Below, one piece after another: positions 10,594 to 20,893 of a stretch of DNA of 64,000 nt. The position numbers and the translations under genes were made by a program. The first letter of the stretch is position 1; each line of letters opens with the position of its first letter. The notes beneath the pieces were generated by a model. The model did not search any database, was not told the origin of the DNA, and saw only the letters and a list, made by a program, of their open reading frames with translations. The stretch lies in assembly GCA_963741205.1 (NCBI GenBank), contig CAVUHW010000034.1:96001-160000 (forward strand), in the 5' to 3' direction. The DNA comes from Nitrospirota bacterium. Its GTDB lineage: Bacteria > Nitrospirota > UBA9217.

Positions 10594-11934
10594 ATGAAAA
10601 TCAGCAGATATCTCCTTTCCGTGGTTCTTGCGGTTGTTTTCCTGTCTCTCCCCGGCACGCCTGCCTTTTGCGCCGAGCCGCTGGGCAAACGCATCCTGCT
10701 CGAAAACGGCATGGTCCTGCTGCTCGCCGAAAAGCACGATATCCCCATGGTCACGGTGAACATGGCGATAACGGCGGGAAGCACCGCGGAACCGGCGGAC
10801 AAGCCTGGCCTTGCGACGCTGACGGCGTCGCTGCTCACCCAGGGGACGGCGAAACGGTCCGCGCAGCAAATAAGCCGCGAGATCGATTTCATCGGCGGCT
10901 CACTTTCGACGTCAGGCGGCGACGATTTTGCGTCAGCGTCCCTCCGCGTGCTGAAGAAGGATATTCGGACGGGGTTCGACCTGCTCTCGGATGTGCTCAT
11001 GAACCCGGCCTTCGATCAGAAGGAGATCGACCGCAAGATCAAGGAAACGCTGGCGGAGATCCGGCGTCAGCTGGAAGAGCCGGGAAACGTGGCCCGCAAC
11101 GCCTTTGATAAGGCCGTCTTCGGGGCCGGCCCCTACGGCAGGACGAACGACGATGTGGCTGCCTATCTCCCAAAGCTCGCGCGCCAGGACGTCCTCGCCT
11201 TTTACGCTGCCAGCTACAGTCCGAACCATGCGATCATTTCCGTGGTGGGAGATGTCACGGAGAAGGAAATTATCTCACTGCTGAAAGAGTACTTTCAATC
11301 GTGGCGGAAGAAGGAACAACCGCTTCCCCCGTACATAGAGCCGCCGGTCATCGAGAAGACGACGGTCCGGAAGATCGATAAGCGAATCACCCAGGCCAAC
11401 ATAGATATGGGCAATGTAGGCATTAGCCGCGAGAACCCTGATTTTTACGCCTGCACGATCATGAACTACATCCTGGGCGGCGGGGGTTTCACCTCGCGTC
11501 TTATGGACAATATCAGGGACAATAAAGGGCTGGCCTACGACGTACACAGCGGATTTTCACCCCAGAAACAGCCCGGGGCGTTCACGATCACGATCCAGAC
11601 GAAGAACGAGTCCGCAAGCGAGGTGATCGCGGAGACGCTCAAGGAGATCCGCCGGGTACAGTCGGACCTGGTTACGGAACAGGAGCTTTCCGACGCAAAG
11701 GCTTACCTAACCGGGAGTTTCCCGCTGCGCATGGACACCTCGGCCAAGATCGCAGGCATGCTGACGTCGATCGAGATCTACAACCTTGGTCTTGAGTATC
11801 CGCAGAAGTATCCGGCCCTGATCAACGCCGTAACCCGTGAAGACGTCCAGCGGGTGGCGAAAAAATATCTCCACCCCGATCAGATGGTGATCGTCGTTGT
11901 CGCTGACCAGGAAAAGGCGAAACTGAAATACTGA
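10594..11934 (+). CDS. M16B peptidase non-catalytic subunit
   Basis: Signal peptide; lacks HxxEH; NYILGGGGFTSRL..IR..KGLAY. Confidence 0.92.
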   Translation: MKISRYLLSVVLAVVFLSLPGTPAFCAEPLGKRILLENGMVLLLAEKHDIPMVTVNMAITAGSTAEPADKPGLATLTASLLTQGTAKRSAQQISREIDFIGGSLSTSGGDDFASASLRVLKKDIRTGFDLLSDVLMNPAFDQKEIDRKIKETLAEIRRQLEEPGNVARNAFDKAVFGAGPYGRTNDDVAAYLPKLARQDVLAFYAASYSPNHAIISVVGDVTEKEIISLLKEYFQSWRKKEQPLPPYIEPPVIEKTTVRKIDKRITQANIDMGNVGISRENPDFYACTIMNYILGGGGFTSRLMDNIRDNKGLAYDVHSGFSPQKQPGAFTITIQTKNESASEVIAETLKEIRRVQSDLVTEQELSDAKAYLTGSFPLRMDTSAKIAGMLTSIEIYNLGLEYPQKYPALINAVTREDVQRVAKKYLHPDQMVIVVVADQEKAKLKY

Positions 11935-11945
11935 GAATCGGAAGA

Positions 11946-12058
11946 CACGGATGTGAGCAGCATGGTGACAGATGTCAGTTCAAGATGATAACTGGGAACT
12001 CTTGCATATTCGTCAATCTCACATGCCTGCTTCTGTCATCTTGGTCATCCGTGGTTCT
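11946..12058. repeat. Degenerate CACGGAT...ATCCGTG inverted element
   Basis: acacggatg ... gtcatccgtggtt; same family as 16219-16307. Confidence 0.5.
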
Positions 12059-12070
12059 AATTATATCCTT

Positions 12071-13882
12071 ATGTCTTCAATTATCAAAATACTCCCCGAC
12101 CATATCGTGAACAAGATCGCCGCCGGCGAGGTGGTAGAGCGGCCCGCGGCCGTGGTCAAGGAACTGGTTGAAAATTCCATCGACGCGGGCGCCAGTGAGA
12201 TTATCATCGAAATTGAGCAGGCCGGCAGTCGGCTCATCCGTGTTACTGACAACGGCAGTGGTATGACCAAGGTGGATGCGCAGATCGCCTTTCTCCGACA
12301 TGCGACAAGCAAGATACGAAGCGACGAAGACCTCGATGCCGTAAAAACCATGGGATTCCGCGGTGAGGCTCTCTCAAGTATCGCCTCGGTGTCACAGGTC
12401 AGGCTTCTGACCGCCGTGCGCGGCTCGGCATCGGGCGTCCTCATCGAAATAGAGGCCGGAGCGGTAAAATCCACTTCCGAGGCGGCTGCGCCGGAGGGGA
12501 CGTCGGTCGAGGTGGCCCATATTTTTTACAATACCCCCGCGCGTCTCAAGTTCCTGAAAAGTCCCGGCACCGAATTTTCTCATATCGTGACCGCGGTGTC
12601 ACGCCTGGCCATGCCGCATCCTTCCACACGGTTCAGGCTCACCCACAACAAGAAGATCACGCTTGACCTGCCGGAGTCGACGAGCATCAAAGACCGGGCC
12701 TTTCAGATCTATGGCGGCGACCTCGCGGAAAATGTCATGACCTTTTCCGGAGGGCGGGGCGGCGTCCATATCCACGGTCTCATCGGGCGTCCGACATACA
12801 GTCGCGCGGACCGCACCTATCAGGATTTTTATGTGAATCGTCGCGCGGTGAAAAACACCTCGCTGACTCACGCATTGTACGCAGCCTATGGCGATATGCT
12901 CATGCGGGACCGCCATCCGGTCGGTTTCATTTTCATCGAGATCGATCCCGCATTCGTGGACGTCAACGTGCATCCCGCGAAGGCGGAAGTGCGCTTTCGC
13001 AACCAGTCACAGATCCATGATATAGTCCGTGAAGTCATCAGGGAGGGACTCCGTTTGCAGGGCATGCCGGTCGGCGCGGCCCCGCAGGCTCGGGTGGACG
13101 CCGCAGAACGAGTGAAGGAGGCTATGACAGAGTACCTGAATGCGCAGCCGCACGAGGTCAGAGGCCCCTTCGAAAGGAAAGCACCTCCGTTGCTCGGGCG
13201 CCGCAAGAGCGATTTCAAGGCGCAGGGGCAGCGGACGGAGGCTGATACGTCGATCCGCACGGAGACTTTCGGCGAGTTCCCGCAGCAATACGCGCTTGTC
13301 CCCGAGCACGATCTCGTCCCCATCGCCCAGATCCACGACTCCTTCATTATCGCCCAGTCGAAGGAGGGGATGGCGATCATCGATCAGCACGCCGCGCACG
13401 AACGGGTGTTGTTCGAGAAGTTGCAGGACGAGTTCGGCGCGGGCTTGATGCCTATTCAGAACCTTCTGGTGCCGGTCCAGGTGGAACTCGGCCCCGCACA
13501 AAGCGGCATTTTATCGGAGTACCTGTTCGAACTGCACAAAACAGGGTTGATCGTGGATGACTTCGGTGGCGGAACATTCATGATCAAAGCAGTGCCGTCC
13601 CTCGTGGTCGGCGCCGACTACAAGAAGCTGCTTCTCGATATCCTCGATGAAGTGAGTGCCCACGGCCTGAGCGGCGGCATGGAAAAGCTCCGGGACGATA
13701 TCCTGAGCGTCATGGCCTGCCATCCCGCGATCAAAGTCCATCGTCAACTCGACCGGGAAGAGATGGAGTCGCTTCTCCACGACCTCTTCGCGTGCCGCAT
13801 GCCCCACACCTGCCCGCACGGCAGACCGACGGTGGCACGGCTTCCCCTGGATGAGATCAGGAGGATGTTTAAGAGGACGTAG
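12071..13882 (+). CDS. mutL: DNA mismatch repair endonuclease MutL
   Basis: IAAGEVVERP, GFRGEAL, DVNVHP.K.EV, DQHAAHER, CPHGRP. Confidence 0.98.
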   Translation: MSSIIKILPDHIVNKIAAGEVVERPAAVVKELVENSIDAGASEIIIEIEQAGSRLIRVTDNGSGMTKVDAQIAFLRHATSKIRSDEDLDAVKTMGFRGEALSSIASVSQVRLLTAVRGSASGVLIEIEAGAVKSTSEAAAPEGTSVEVAHIFYNTPARLKFLKSPGTEFSHIVTAVSRLAMPHPSTRFRLTHNKKITLDLPESTSIKDRAFQIYGGDLAENVMTFSGGRGGVHIHGLIGRPTYSRADRTYQDFYVNRRAVKNTSLTHALYAAYGDMLMRDRHPVGFIFIEIDPAFVDVNVHPAKAEVRFRNQSQIHDIVREVIREGLRLQGMPVGAAPQARVDAAERVKEAMTEYLNAQPHEVRGPFERKAPPLLGRRKSDFKAQGQRTEADTSIRTETFGEFPQQYALVPEHDLVPIAQIHDSFIIAQSKEGMAIIDQHAAHERVLFEKLQDEFGAGLMPIQNLLVPVQVELGPAQSGILSEYLFELHKTGLIVDDFGGGTFMIKAVPSLVVGADYKKLLLDILDEVSAHGLSGGMEKLRDDILSVMACHPAIKVHRQLDREEMESLLHDLFACRMPHTCPHGRPTVARLPLDEIRRMFKRT

Positions 13883-13936
13883 TTTGCGTGGGCTGGCCCC
13901 GATCTGATCGGGACGTTCTTTTCATCGTATACGATC

Positions 13937-14884
13937 ATGTCTTCCGAAAAGCCCATCCTCATCATCGCCGGTCCCACGGCCGCCGGCAAAACTGACGCGT
14001 CGCTTCTTCTCGCCCGGCAGCTCGGCGCGGAGATCGTCTCCGCCGACTCCATGCAGATCTATCGAGGCATGGATATCGGCACCGCAAAGCCCTCGCCGGA
14101 ACAGCGCAAGCTCATCTATCACCATATGATCGACATCGTGGAACCGGACCAGCCCTACAGCGTAGGCGACTATCTGCGGGACGCACGGGCCGCGATCGAC
14201 GGGATTCTTTCCTCGGGCGGCGTCCCTCTCGTGGTCGGCGGGACCGGGCTTTATATCCGGGCGCTGACGCGGGGACTGTTCCACGGCCCGCCGGCGGACC
14301 TCGATCTGCGCGAACGCCTGCTCCGTCGTGAGGCAGAAGGGCAGTCCGGAACGCTCTATGCCGACCTCGTCAAGGTGGACCCGGAAGCCGCGATTAAGAT
14401 CCATCCCAACGACCTGCGGCGCACGGTCAGGGCGCTCGAGGTGTACTATCTTCGGGACAGGAAACTGTCGGAGTTCCAGCGCGAACACGCGTTTGGCGAC
14501 AGGCCTTACCGGTTCACGCTGCTTTTTCTCGTCAGGAGCCGTGACGAACTGTACCGCCGCATTGAAAAGCGTGTTGACCAGATGATCGACAGCGGTCTCG
14601 AAGCAGAGGTCAGGGCGCTCTTCGACCGGGGTTACCCCATGGATCTGGCGTCGATGCGGGGTCTGGGGTATAAACAGTTCATCGAATACTTTCTCGGAAG
14701 GTCGACCCGGGATGAGGCCGTTGCCCTCTTGAAGCGCGATACGAAGCGGTTTGCCAAGCGGCAATTCACGTGGTTCCGGCGTGAGCCGGAAGCGGTGTGG
14801 GTGGACATCACCGGGCTCGAACGCGCAGAGGATATTTTGGAAAAAATAAAGAAATACGTTGAAATTACAAATAAGTTAGTATAA
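13937..14884 (+). CDS. miaA: tRNA dimethylallyltransferase
   Basis: GPTAAGKT, DSMQIYRGMDIGTAK, VGGTGLY, AKRQFTWF. Confidence 0.98.
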   Translation: MSSEKPILIIAGPTAAGKTDASLLLARQLGAEIVSADSMQIYRGMDIGTAKPSPEQRKLIYHHMIDIVEPDQPYSVGDYLRDARAAIDGILSSGGVPLVVGGTGLYIRALTRGLFHGPPADLDLRERLLRREAEGQSGTLYADLVKVDPEAAIKIHPNDLRRTVRALEVYYLRDRKLSEFQREHAFGDRPYRFTLLFLVRSRDELYRRIEKRVDQMIDSGLEAEVRALFDRGYPMDLASMRGLGYKQFIEYFLGRSTRDEAVALLKRDTKRFAKRQFTWFRREPEAVWVDITGLERAEDILEKIKKYVEITNKLV

Positions 14885-14887
14885 GAT
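14859..14887 (+). promoter_or_regulatory. Putative sigma70 promoter for hfq
   Basis: TTGAAA-17 nt-TAAGAT. Confidence 0.5.
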
Positions 14888-14956
14888 GACACAAAAATAT
14901 TGTGTCGCGAGCCGCCATCAGCGAGCGCTGTTCATGACGGCTTCACGGAGGGATGG

Positions 14957-15223
14957 ATGGGCAAGTCGCAGGTGAATCTGCAGGACATTTTTTTGAACCA
15001 GATGCGCAAGGAAAAGATCCCGGTGACCATGTACCTGGTGAACGGCGCTCGGCTCACGGGGACAATCAAGGGGTTCGACAACTTCGTGATCCTGTTAAAG
15101 CAGGAAAACCAGCAGCTTGTGTACAAGCATGCCATCTCCACCATAATCCCGGAAAAACCCGTTGAACTTCTGGAAACCATCGAATCGAAAAAGTCAGAGC
15201 AGGAGCAGGCGGCGCAGGCCTGA
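14957..15223 (+). CDS. hfq: RNA chaperone Hfq
   Basis: [31 protein letters not shown]; follows miaA. Confidence 0.98.
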   Translation: MGKSQVNLQDIFLNQMRKEKIPVTMYLVNGARLTGTIKGFDNFVILLKQENQQLVYKHAISTIIPEKPVELLETIESKKSEQEQAAQA

Positions 15224-15323
15224 ACAATTGAGGATTCCGGAATAAAAGTCCGCGGCACAATCAGAATCATCGGCTATGCACTCTTGGAATCTGCGTCCCC
15301 TCTTTACGAAGGAATTATTCGGC

Positions 15324-16214
15324 ATGGCAAAGCGCAGTGCAAAGTCTGAAGCAATAACCATCGGCGTCATCGGCGGCAGCGGCTTGTACGAAATAGAAGG
15401 GCTGTCGCAGGTGAAAAAAGTGAAAGTCGCTACACCCTTCGGCAGACCCTCGGACGACTTCATCATCGGAACGCTCTTCAACAAGCGGGTGGCCTTTTTG
15501 CCCCGTCACGGCCGTGGGCACCGCGTTATGCCGAGCGATATCAACTACCGTGCGAACATCTTCGGCATGAAGAAGCTCGGCGTTGAGCGGATCATCTCGG
15601 TCTCCGCCGTGGGAAGCATGAGGGAAGAGATCAGGCCCGGCGACATCGTGATCCCGGACCAGTTCTACGACCACACGAAACACCGCCGGAGCACCTTTTT
15701 CGGCGACGGCATTGTTGCCCACGTCGGCATGGCAGACCCGGTCTGCGCCGACCTCGGCAAAATCCTGTTCGATGCGGGGAAGAGGGCAGGGGCCGCGGTT
15801 CGCCGCGGCGGCACCTACTTCTGCATGGAGGGGCCGCAGTTTTCGACGCGCGCCGAGTCGCTTACCTACCGCACATGGAATGTCGACGTCATCGGGATGA
15901 CGAACGCAACCGAGGCCAGGCTCGCCCGGGAGGCTGAGATCTGCTACAGCACCATTGCCCTGGCCACGGACTATGACTGCTGGCACCACAGCGAGGAAGA
16001 CGTGACCGTCGAGGCAGTCCTTGCCGTGATGAAGAAAAACATCGAAACATCCAAAACCATGATCCGCGAAGCCGTCGGGATGCTCCCCCCCTTGCGGAGC
16101 TGCGCCTGTGGAGAGGCGCTCCGGAACACGATCATGACCCCGGAAAAACTGATCCCGGCGAAGACGAGGAAGGACCTCGCGCCGATCATCGGGAAGTACA
16201 TGCAGAAAAAGTGA
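15324..16214 (+). CDS. mtnP: S-methyl-5'-thioadenosine phosphorylase
   Basis: IGGSGLY, PRHGRGH, EGPQFSTRAES, TDYDCW. Confidence 0.95.
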   Translation: MAKRSAKSEAITIGVIGGSGLYEIEGLSQVKKVKVATPFGRPSDDFIIGTLFNKRVAFLPRHGRGHRVMPSDINYRANIFGMKKLGVERIISVSAVGSMREEIRPGDIVIPDQFYDHTKHRRSTFFGDGIVAHVGMADPVCADLGKILFDAGKRAGAAVRRGGTYFCMEGPQFSTRAESLTYRTWNVDVIGMTNATEARLAREAEICYSTIALATDYDCWHHSEEDVTVEAVLAVMKKNIETSKTMIREAVGMLPPLRSCACGEALRNTIMTPEKLIPAKTRKDLAPIIGKYMQKK

Positions 16215-16218
16215 CGGG

Positions 16219-16307
16219 ATTTTTAACCACGGATTAACACGGTTCAAGGCGAATACAAACCATCAAGCGTTCCTTTTTTTCATCCGTGTTCATCCGTGGT
16301 TAAAAAT
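16219..16307. repeat. Nonamer inverted element with 16-bp perfect terminal IR
   Basis: atttttaaccacggat ... atccgtggttaaaaat with internal CACGG/CCGTG units. Confidence 0.8.
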
Positions 16308-16328
16308 ATTTCGTTTGGAGGGTTTTTT

Positions 16329-17238
16329 GTGAGTTTGCTCGTTGTCGGTACGGTTGCGCTTGATTCGGTAAAAACACCTTTCGGAACTGTCGATAACGCC
16401 CTCGGCGGTTCAGCCACGTATTTTTCCACTTCTGCCAGTTATTTCACCGATGTCAGGCTCGTAGCCGTCATCGGCGAAGACTTCCCCAAGGAACATATAC
16501 AATTTCTCAAGAGCAAGGACATCGACACGCGCGGACTCGAGGTTCAGAAAGGTGAGACCTTCCGTTGGAAAGGCGAGTACGGCTATGATTTGAACGAGGC
16601 TCACACCCTCGCCACGCACCTGAATGTTCTTGCGACGTTCAAACCGACGATTGTCGAACGACTACCGGGACTCTGACGTCGTATTTCTTGCGAACGTGGA
16701 CCCCGAGATCCAGTTCGATGTGCTGAAGCAGGTCAAGAAACCCAAGCTGGTGGCCTGCGACACGATGAACTACTGGATCGAAAGCAAGCTCGATGCGCTC
16801 AAACGCACGCTGGGGGAAGTGGACCTCTTGACCATCAACGAAGCGGAGATCCGGCAGCTTGCCGGCGAGTCGAGCCTGGTGAAGGCTGCCAAGCGCGTCC
16901 AGGCCATGGGGCCGAAGACGATCGTGGTCAAGCAGGGGAGCTACGGGGCGCTCATGTTCAACGGCCACAGCGTGTTCAGCGCCCCTGCGTATCCGCTCGA
17001 ATCGGTATTCGACCCGACAGGCGCCGGCGATACCTTCGCGGGCGGCTTTATGGGGTTCCTGGCGAGCACGATGAATTTTACAGAAGACAGCATGCGGAAG
17101 GCCGTCATCTTCGGCAGCGTCATGGCCTCTCTGAACGTGGAGGCATTCAGCCTCGACCGTCTCAGGAGCCTCGATTACCGGGAAATTGAAGGCAGGTACC
17201 GCGAGTTCAAGAAACTCACGCATTTTGAAGATATATAA
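16329..17238 (+). CDS. PfkB family carbohydrate/nucleoside kinase, split by an indel near 16655
   Basis: LGGSATY, DTMNYWI, DPTGAGDTFAGG. Confidence 0.9.
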
Positions 17239-17349
17239 GGGAACAACAAATATCCGATTATCGAATGAATCATGAAAATTCCAAACGTTTTGGCATTGGG
17301 TTTCGAGATTTGAATATTTGATGGAACTTGTGATTTGCATTGATTAGAT

Positions 17350-18543
17350 ATGTTTACTCTTGATCAAGTCATAACGGGCCCGAAACTCAGCGAGAAAAAC
17401 CTCGTAAAGGTCTTTTTTTCCATGAACAATCATCCGGTGGCAACGCCTGAAATGATGCTTGAGGAAGCGCGCAGTTACGTTTTGTTTTGCGGAGAGTCTG
17501 ATGGAAAGGTTTCCGCGTATATCGGGATTTATTTCCTTCTGACAGGCCGCAGACTGTTTTATGCCCATTCATCCAATCCCTTCCCCTCGGGAGAAATGAG
17601 CTCTGTTGAAGATGAGGCGTTGTGTTTTGTGGAAGGGCTCGGCGCGCTCATCGATCAGATAGACATCGCGAATCTGTCCGCGAAAGAGAAGAGCCGCTGG
17701 ATAGAGGAACAGGATATTTTCTCCCTTCAGGCCCGCCCCGAGAAGTCTCCCGAAACACCGGCCCCGGAACCGGCGGAAACGGAAGCTGTGCGGAAGGAGC
17801 CGGAGGAATTACAACCGTCTCCCGCAGTCCCGGAAGCCGCACCGCGACCGCAGAGGCCGCCTGTGCAAGCGGCGCCGCAAGCGGAAGCGGAGCGTCCCGC
17901 CGCAGAAGCCGCGCCGGCAGCGCTGCAAGCGCAACCAATACTACAAACGCAAACAGCGCCTCAACCGGTATTGCAAGCGCAACCACAGCAAGTCCCGGAA
18001 ACGCAAGCAGCGCCTCAGCCAGTGCCGCAAGCGCAACCGGCGCCACAGGCGCAGCCGGCGCAGGAGGCACTCCAGGCGGACGCGTTTCCGCAAGCTGCCC
18101 TGACAGCGCCGGAACCGCCAGCTCCAACGGTAGAGGAGGCGCTGACCGAGCGAGAGGATGAGTCAACATCCAGGCCCTCCGCGCCTCAACCGGCTGTCGT
18201 GCAGGAAGAGGCATTTGAGGATCATGCAGTCCCTGTCCCTGCAGACGTTTCCGAACCCAAGGATTCGCCGCAGGCGCCGCAGACTGAAGAAGGGCTGCCC
18301 CCGCAGGACAGCCCCGTTCCCGCGGCGGACAGATCGCACCAAAAGCCGCCGGCCCGCGCTTCCGGATCCAAGGCGCCCTCATTCGGTGCATCCTCGACGG
18401 GCAAGCAGGACATCATGCGAAAAGCAATGAAAGCAGCCATCGTCAGGCCGTCGAAACCAGCAATAAAAAAAGAGGCAGAGGCCGGCACCGGCGTCGTACG
18501 CAGGGACCGGGAGGCCCTTGCGCGTCTGCTCACATCGTTTTGA
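17350..18543 (+). CDS. RomY-like protein with long Pro/Ala/Gln linker
   Basis: N-domain (MFTLD..S.N...VA.P...A.SYV..IY..EAL.FVEGLG..ID) plus C-terminal LARLLTSF helix resemble myxobacterial RomY as I recall it; internal QAQP/APQPV repeats at about 17925-18060. Confidence 0.6.
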   Translation: MFTLDQVITGPKLSEKNLVKVFFSMNNHPVATPEMMLEEARSYVLFCGESDGKVSAYIGIYFLLTGRRLFYAHSSNPFPSGEMSSVEDEALCFVEGLGALIDQIDIANLSAKEKSRWIEEQDIFSLQARPEKSPETPAPEPAETEAVRKEPEELQPSPAVPEAAPRPQRPPVQAAPQAEAERPAAEAAPAALQAQPILQTQTAPQPVLQAQPQQVPETQAAPQPVPQAQPAPQAQPAQEALQADAFPQAALTAPEPPAPTVEEALTEREDESTSRPSAPQPAVVQEEAFEDHAVPVPADVSEPKDSPQAPQTEEGLPPQDSPVPAADRSHQKPPARASGSKAPSFGASSTGKQDIMRKAMKAAIVRPSKPAIKKEAEAGTGVVRRDREALARLLTSF

Positions 18544-18550
18544 AAGAGGT

Positions 18551-19297
18551 ATGACAATGAGAACCCTGGCAGTAATCATGCTCCTGGCTCTTACCGGGTG
18601 TGCTTCGACCGGCAACACCATCGATAAATCAAAAATGGCGGAAGGCTATTCCCAGAAGGGGCAAGCCTATTTTCTGGATAAAAATTACGAGCTCGCCGCG
18701 GTTGAATTCAACCGTTCCATTCAGACAGACAGCTCGAACAAGTTGTCCTACTATTATCTCGGGGTGATTAGTGATTTACAGGGCAAATCGGAAGATGCAA
18801 TAAAATATTATAAGAAAGCCATCAGCCTGGATAGTGATTTTTCGGAGGCTTACAACGCTCTCGGCGCGGTCTATTCAAAACAAAAGAAATGGAACGATGC
18901 AATTAAAAATTATAATAAAGCGCTGGAAAACAAGCTCTATACCACTCCCCATGTCCCGTATCTGAACATGGGGCGCGTCTATATGGCGCAGAAGGATTAC
19001 ACCAAGGCCGTTGAGGCCTATCGTGATGCAAAGAGGTACGTCAGTCTCGATGTTATCAGCTACGAACTGGGCCAGGCGCTCTTTGAGGCGGGCAGGACCA
19101 AAGAGGCGATCGAGGAGTTCCAGGAGGGAGTCAACCTTGCGCCGCAAAACGCGAGCATGCGCTACGCGCTGGCGCTGGCGTTCTTGAAGGAAGGCAACAA
19201 GAAGTCCGCCGTGGAAGAGTTCAAGAAAGCCGCCGAACTTGCCCCCAAGAGCGAACTCGCCCAAAAGGCCAATGATTATCTGAGAATTCTGAGGTGA
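18551..19297 (+). CDS. TPR lipoprotein, Tgl/PilF-like pilotin
   Basis: Lipobox LTGC, TPRs, LENKLYTTP motif; upstream of rodZ. Confidence 0.75.
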   Translation: MTMRTLAVIMLLALTGCASTGNTIDKSKMAEGYSQKGQAYFLDKNYELAAVEFNRSIQTDSSNKLSYYYLGVISDLQGKSEDAIKYYKKAISLDSDFSEAYNALGAVYSKQKKWNDAIKNYNKALENKLYTTPHVPYLNMGRVYMAQKDYTKAVEAYRDAKRYVSLDVISYELGQALFEAGRTKEAIEEFQEGVNLAPQNASMRYALALAFLKEGNKKSAVEEFKKAAELAPKSELAQKANDYLRILR

Positions 19298-19300
19298 TGG

Positions 19301-20218
19301 ATGGGGACATTAGGACGATATCTGCACGATGCACGGGTAGCGCGGGGAATTGATTTGCGCGAAGCCGCTCAGCAGACCCGTATCAGCTTACAGTACCTCA
19401 GGGCTCTTGAAGAGGAAGATTTCAAAAAGCTGCCCGGCGATGTGTTCGTCAAGGGGTTTCTCAAGAACTACGGAAAGTATTTGCGCCTCGACGAAGCGGA
19501 GCTCATGAAACAATACAGCGAGTTGTTACAAAAGCCCTCTCCCGTCGGCGTCGCGAGTCAGGACAAACAAGCGGCCGAAGCGGAAAAGCCTAGCCGGTCC
19601 TCGAAAATCCCGATTGAACCCTTTATCTGGGGCGCCGGTATCGTCATCATCCTCATTGTCTTTCTGCTCATCGCGCTGCCGGCTCGTCACCCAAAGGAAA
19701 CCCGCAAGGCGGCGGAATCGCCCCCTGCCCCTGCGGCCGGTCCCGAACTCTTTTCCGCCGCCGTACCGAGCACGCCGGAGAAGCTTTATCTTGAGGTGTT
19801 CGCCCTCGACAACACCTGGGTTCTGGTCCGAACCGATGCGAGTCCGCAAAAGAAGGCGATTCTGAAAAAAGGCGAGAGTCTCATCTGGAGCGCGGACCAG
19901 CGTTTTCTGTTGAGCTATGGCAGCGCAGGGGCCGTCAGACTGCTGCTCAACGGGCAGGAACTTACCGTAGACGAACCGAAAAACGCCGTCGTAAGGGACC
20001 TGACCGTCACAGCGGCGGGTATCGTAAACCGCAAGACCCCGGGGGAAAAGCCAAAGACGGTGAATCCCAAGCGCCAACACACAGAGGCGGTGCTGACGCA
20101 GCCGTCTCCTTCCGCGGTATCGCAACAGACCACATCGGTCCGTGCCCCCCAACGGCCGCAGTCGCCACCCCCGTTGCCTCCAGCGCCTGGGAAAATGCCG
20201 AAGAGGCCAGCGCAATAA
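19301..20218 (+). CDS. rodZ: RodZ-like protein (HTH, TM, periplasmic domain)
   Basis: LGRYLHDAR..RGI.L..T.I...YL.ALEE.DF..LPG.VFVKGFLKNY..YL.LD. Confidence 0.85.
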   Translation: MGTLGRYLHDARVARGIDLREAAQQTRISLQYLRALEEEDFKKLPGDVFVKGFLKNYGKYLRLDEAELMKQYSELLQKPSPVGVASQDKQAAEAEKPSRSSKIPIEPFIWGAGIVIILIVFLLIALPARHPKETRKAAESPPAPAAGPELFSAAVPSTPEKLYLEVFALDNTWVLVRTDASPQKKAILKKGESLIWSADQRFLLSYGSAGAVRLLLNGQELTVDEPKNAVVRDLTVTAAGIVNRKTPGEKPKTVNPKRQHTEAVLTQPSPSAVSQQTTSVRAPQRPQSPPPLPPAPGKMPKRPAQ

Positions 20219-20312
20219 CTCTCTCTATCACCGCCCGCCTCTCTTGTCGCCGCTTTTTTTGCGGGGATTCCGCTCGCTCCCAAGCCTGTGCGATAGGCGA
20301 AGCCGGCTGATT

Positions 20313-20753
20313 CTATCCGGCGTCTCCCGTAATCTCCATTCTCCGGACATGAGTACCTCTCCAATAGATCCTTGCGCAGGTTGGACACCGCAGAAACGCG
20401 TCGTGGGTTTCAAACACATGATTCGGCACGAGGTCCCTCACGTCCTGCTGAGGAGCGGGGACAAGCGGCACATTGCAGAGAGAACATCGCGTGAGGGGAG
20501 CAGTCTTTCCGGGAAAAGCCGTCAGGACCTCGTCAACCTGTTTCCTGACGAGGTCGTTTTTGAGGAAGAGGTTGTTTTTTGCGAGGGGTCGGGCCGCCAG
20601 GGCGGTGTCCCGCGTAAGGATCACGCGGTCCTGCTGGAGAGACAGCCTGATGATCTCATTGTCATCCAGCCCCGGGTCGTAGAGCACGTCCCATCCAAGA
20701 AGCCGCAGCCGCTTCGCAAGCCTGCCCAGCATGACATCGGCGATGAATTTCAT
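20313..20753 (-). CDS. Mut7-C RNase domain protein
   Basis: FIADVMLGRLAKRLRLLG.D, LTRD, RC..CN...CP.C.RIYW.G.H. Confidence 0.92.
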   Translation of the reverse strand: MKFIADVMLGRLAKRLRLLGWDVLYDPGLDDNEIIRLSLQQDRVILTRDTALAARPLAKNNLFLKNDLVRKQVDEVLTAFPGKTAPLTRCSLCNVPLVPAPQQDVRDLVPNHVFETHDAFLRCPTCARIYWRGTHVRRMEITGDAG

Positions 20754-20770
20754 AAACTGAAAAACTTTTA

Positions 20771-20889
20771 GCCACAGAGATCACAGAGAACACAGAGAAA
20801 AGCAGGTCTGCCGGTTTAAAACCAAAATCCTTTTTTGTTTACTTCTCTGTGCCCTCTGTGTCCTATCTTTACGAACCTTCACTTGTGGC
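20771..20889. repeat. Nonamer inverted element (CACAGAG x3 ... CTCTGTG)
   Basis: gccacagagatcacagagaacacagag ... ctctgtgccctctgtg ... tgtggc. Confidence 0.8.
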
Positions 20890-20893
20890 AAAA

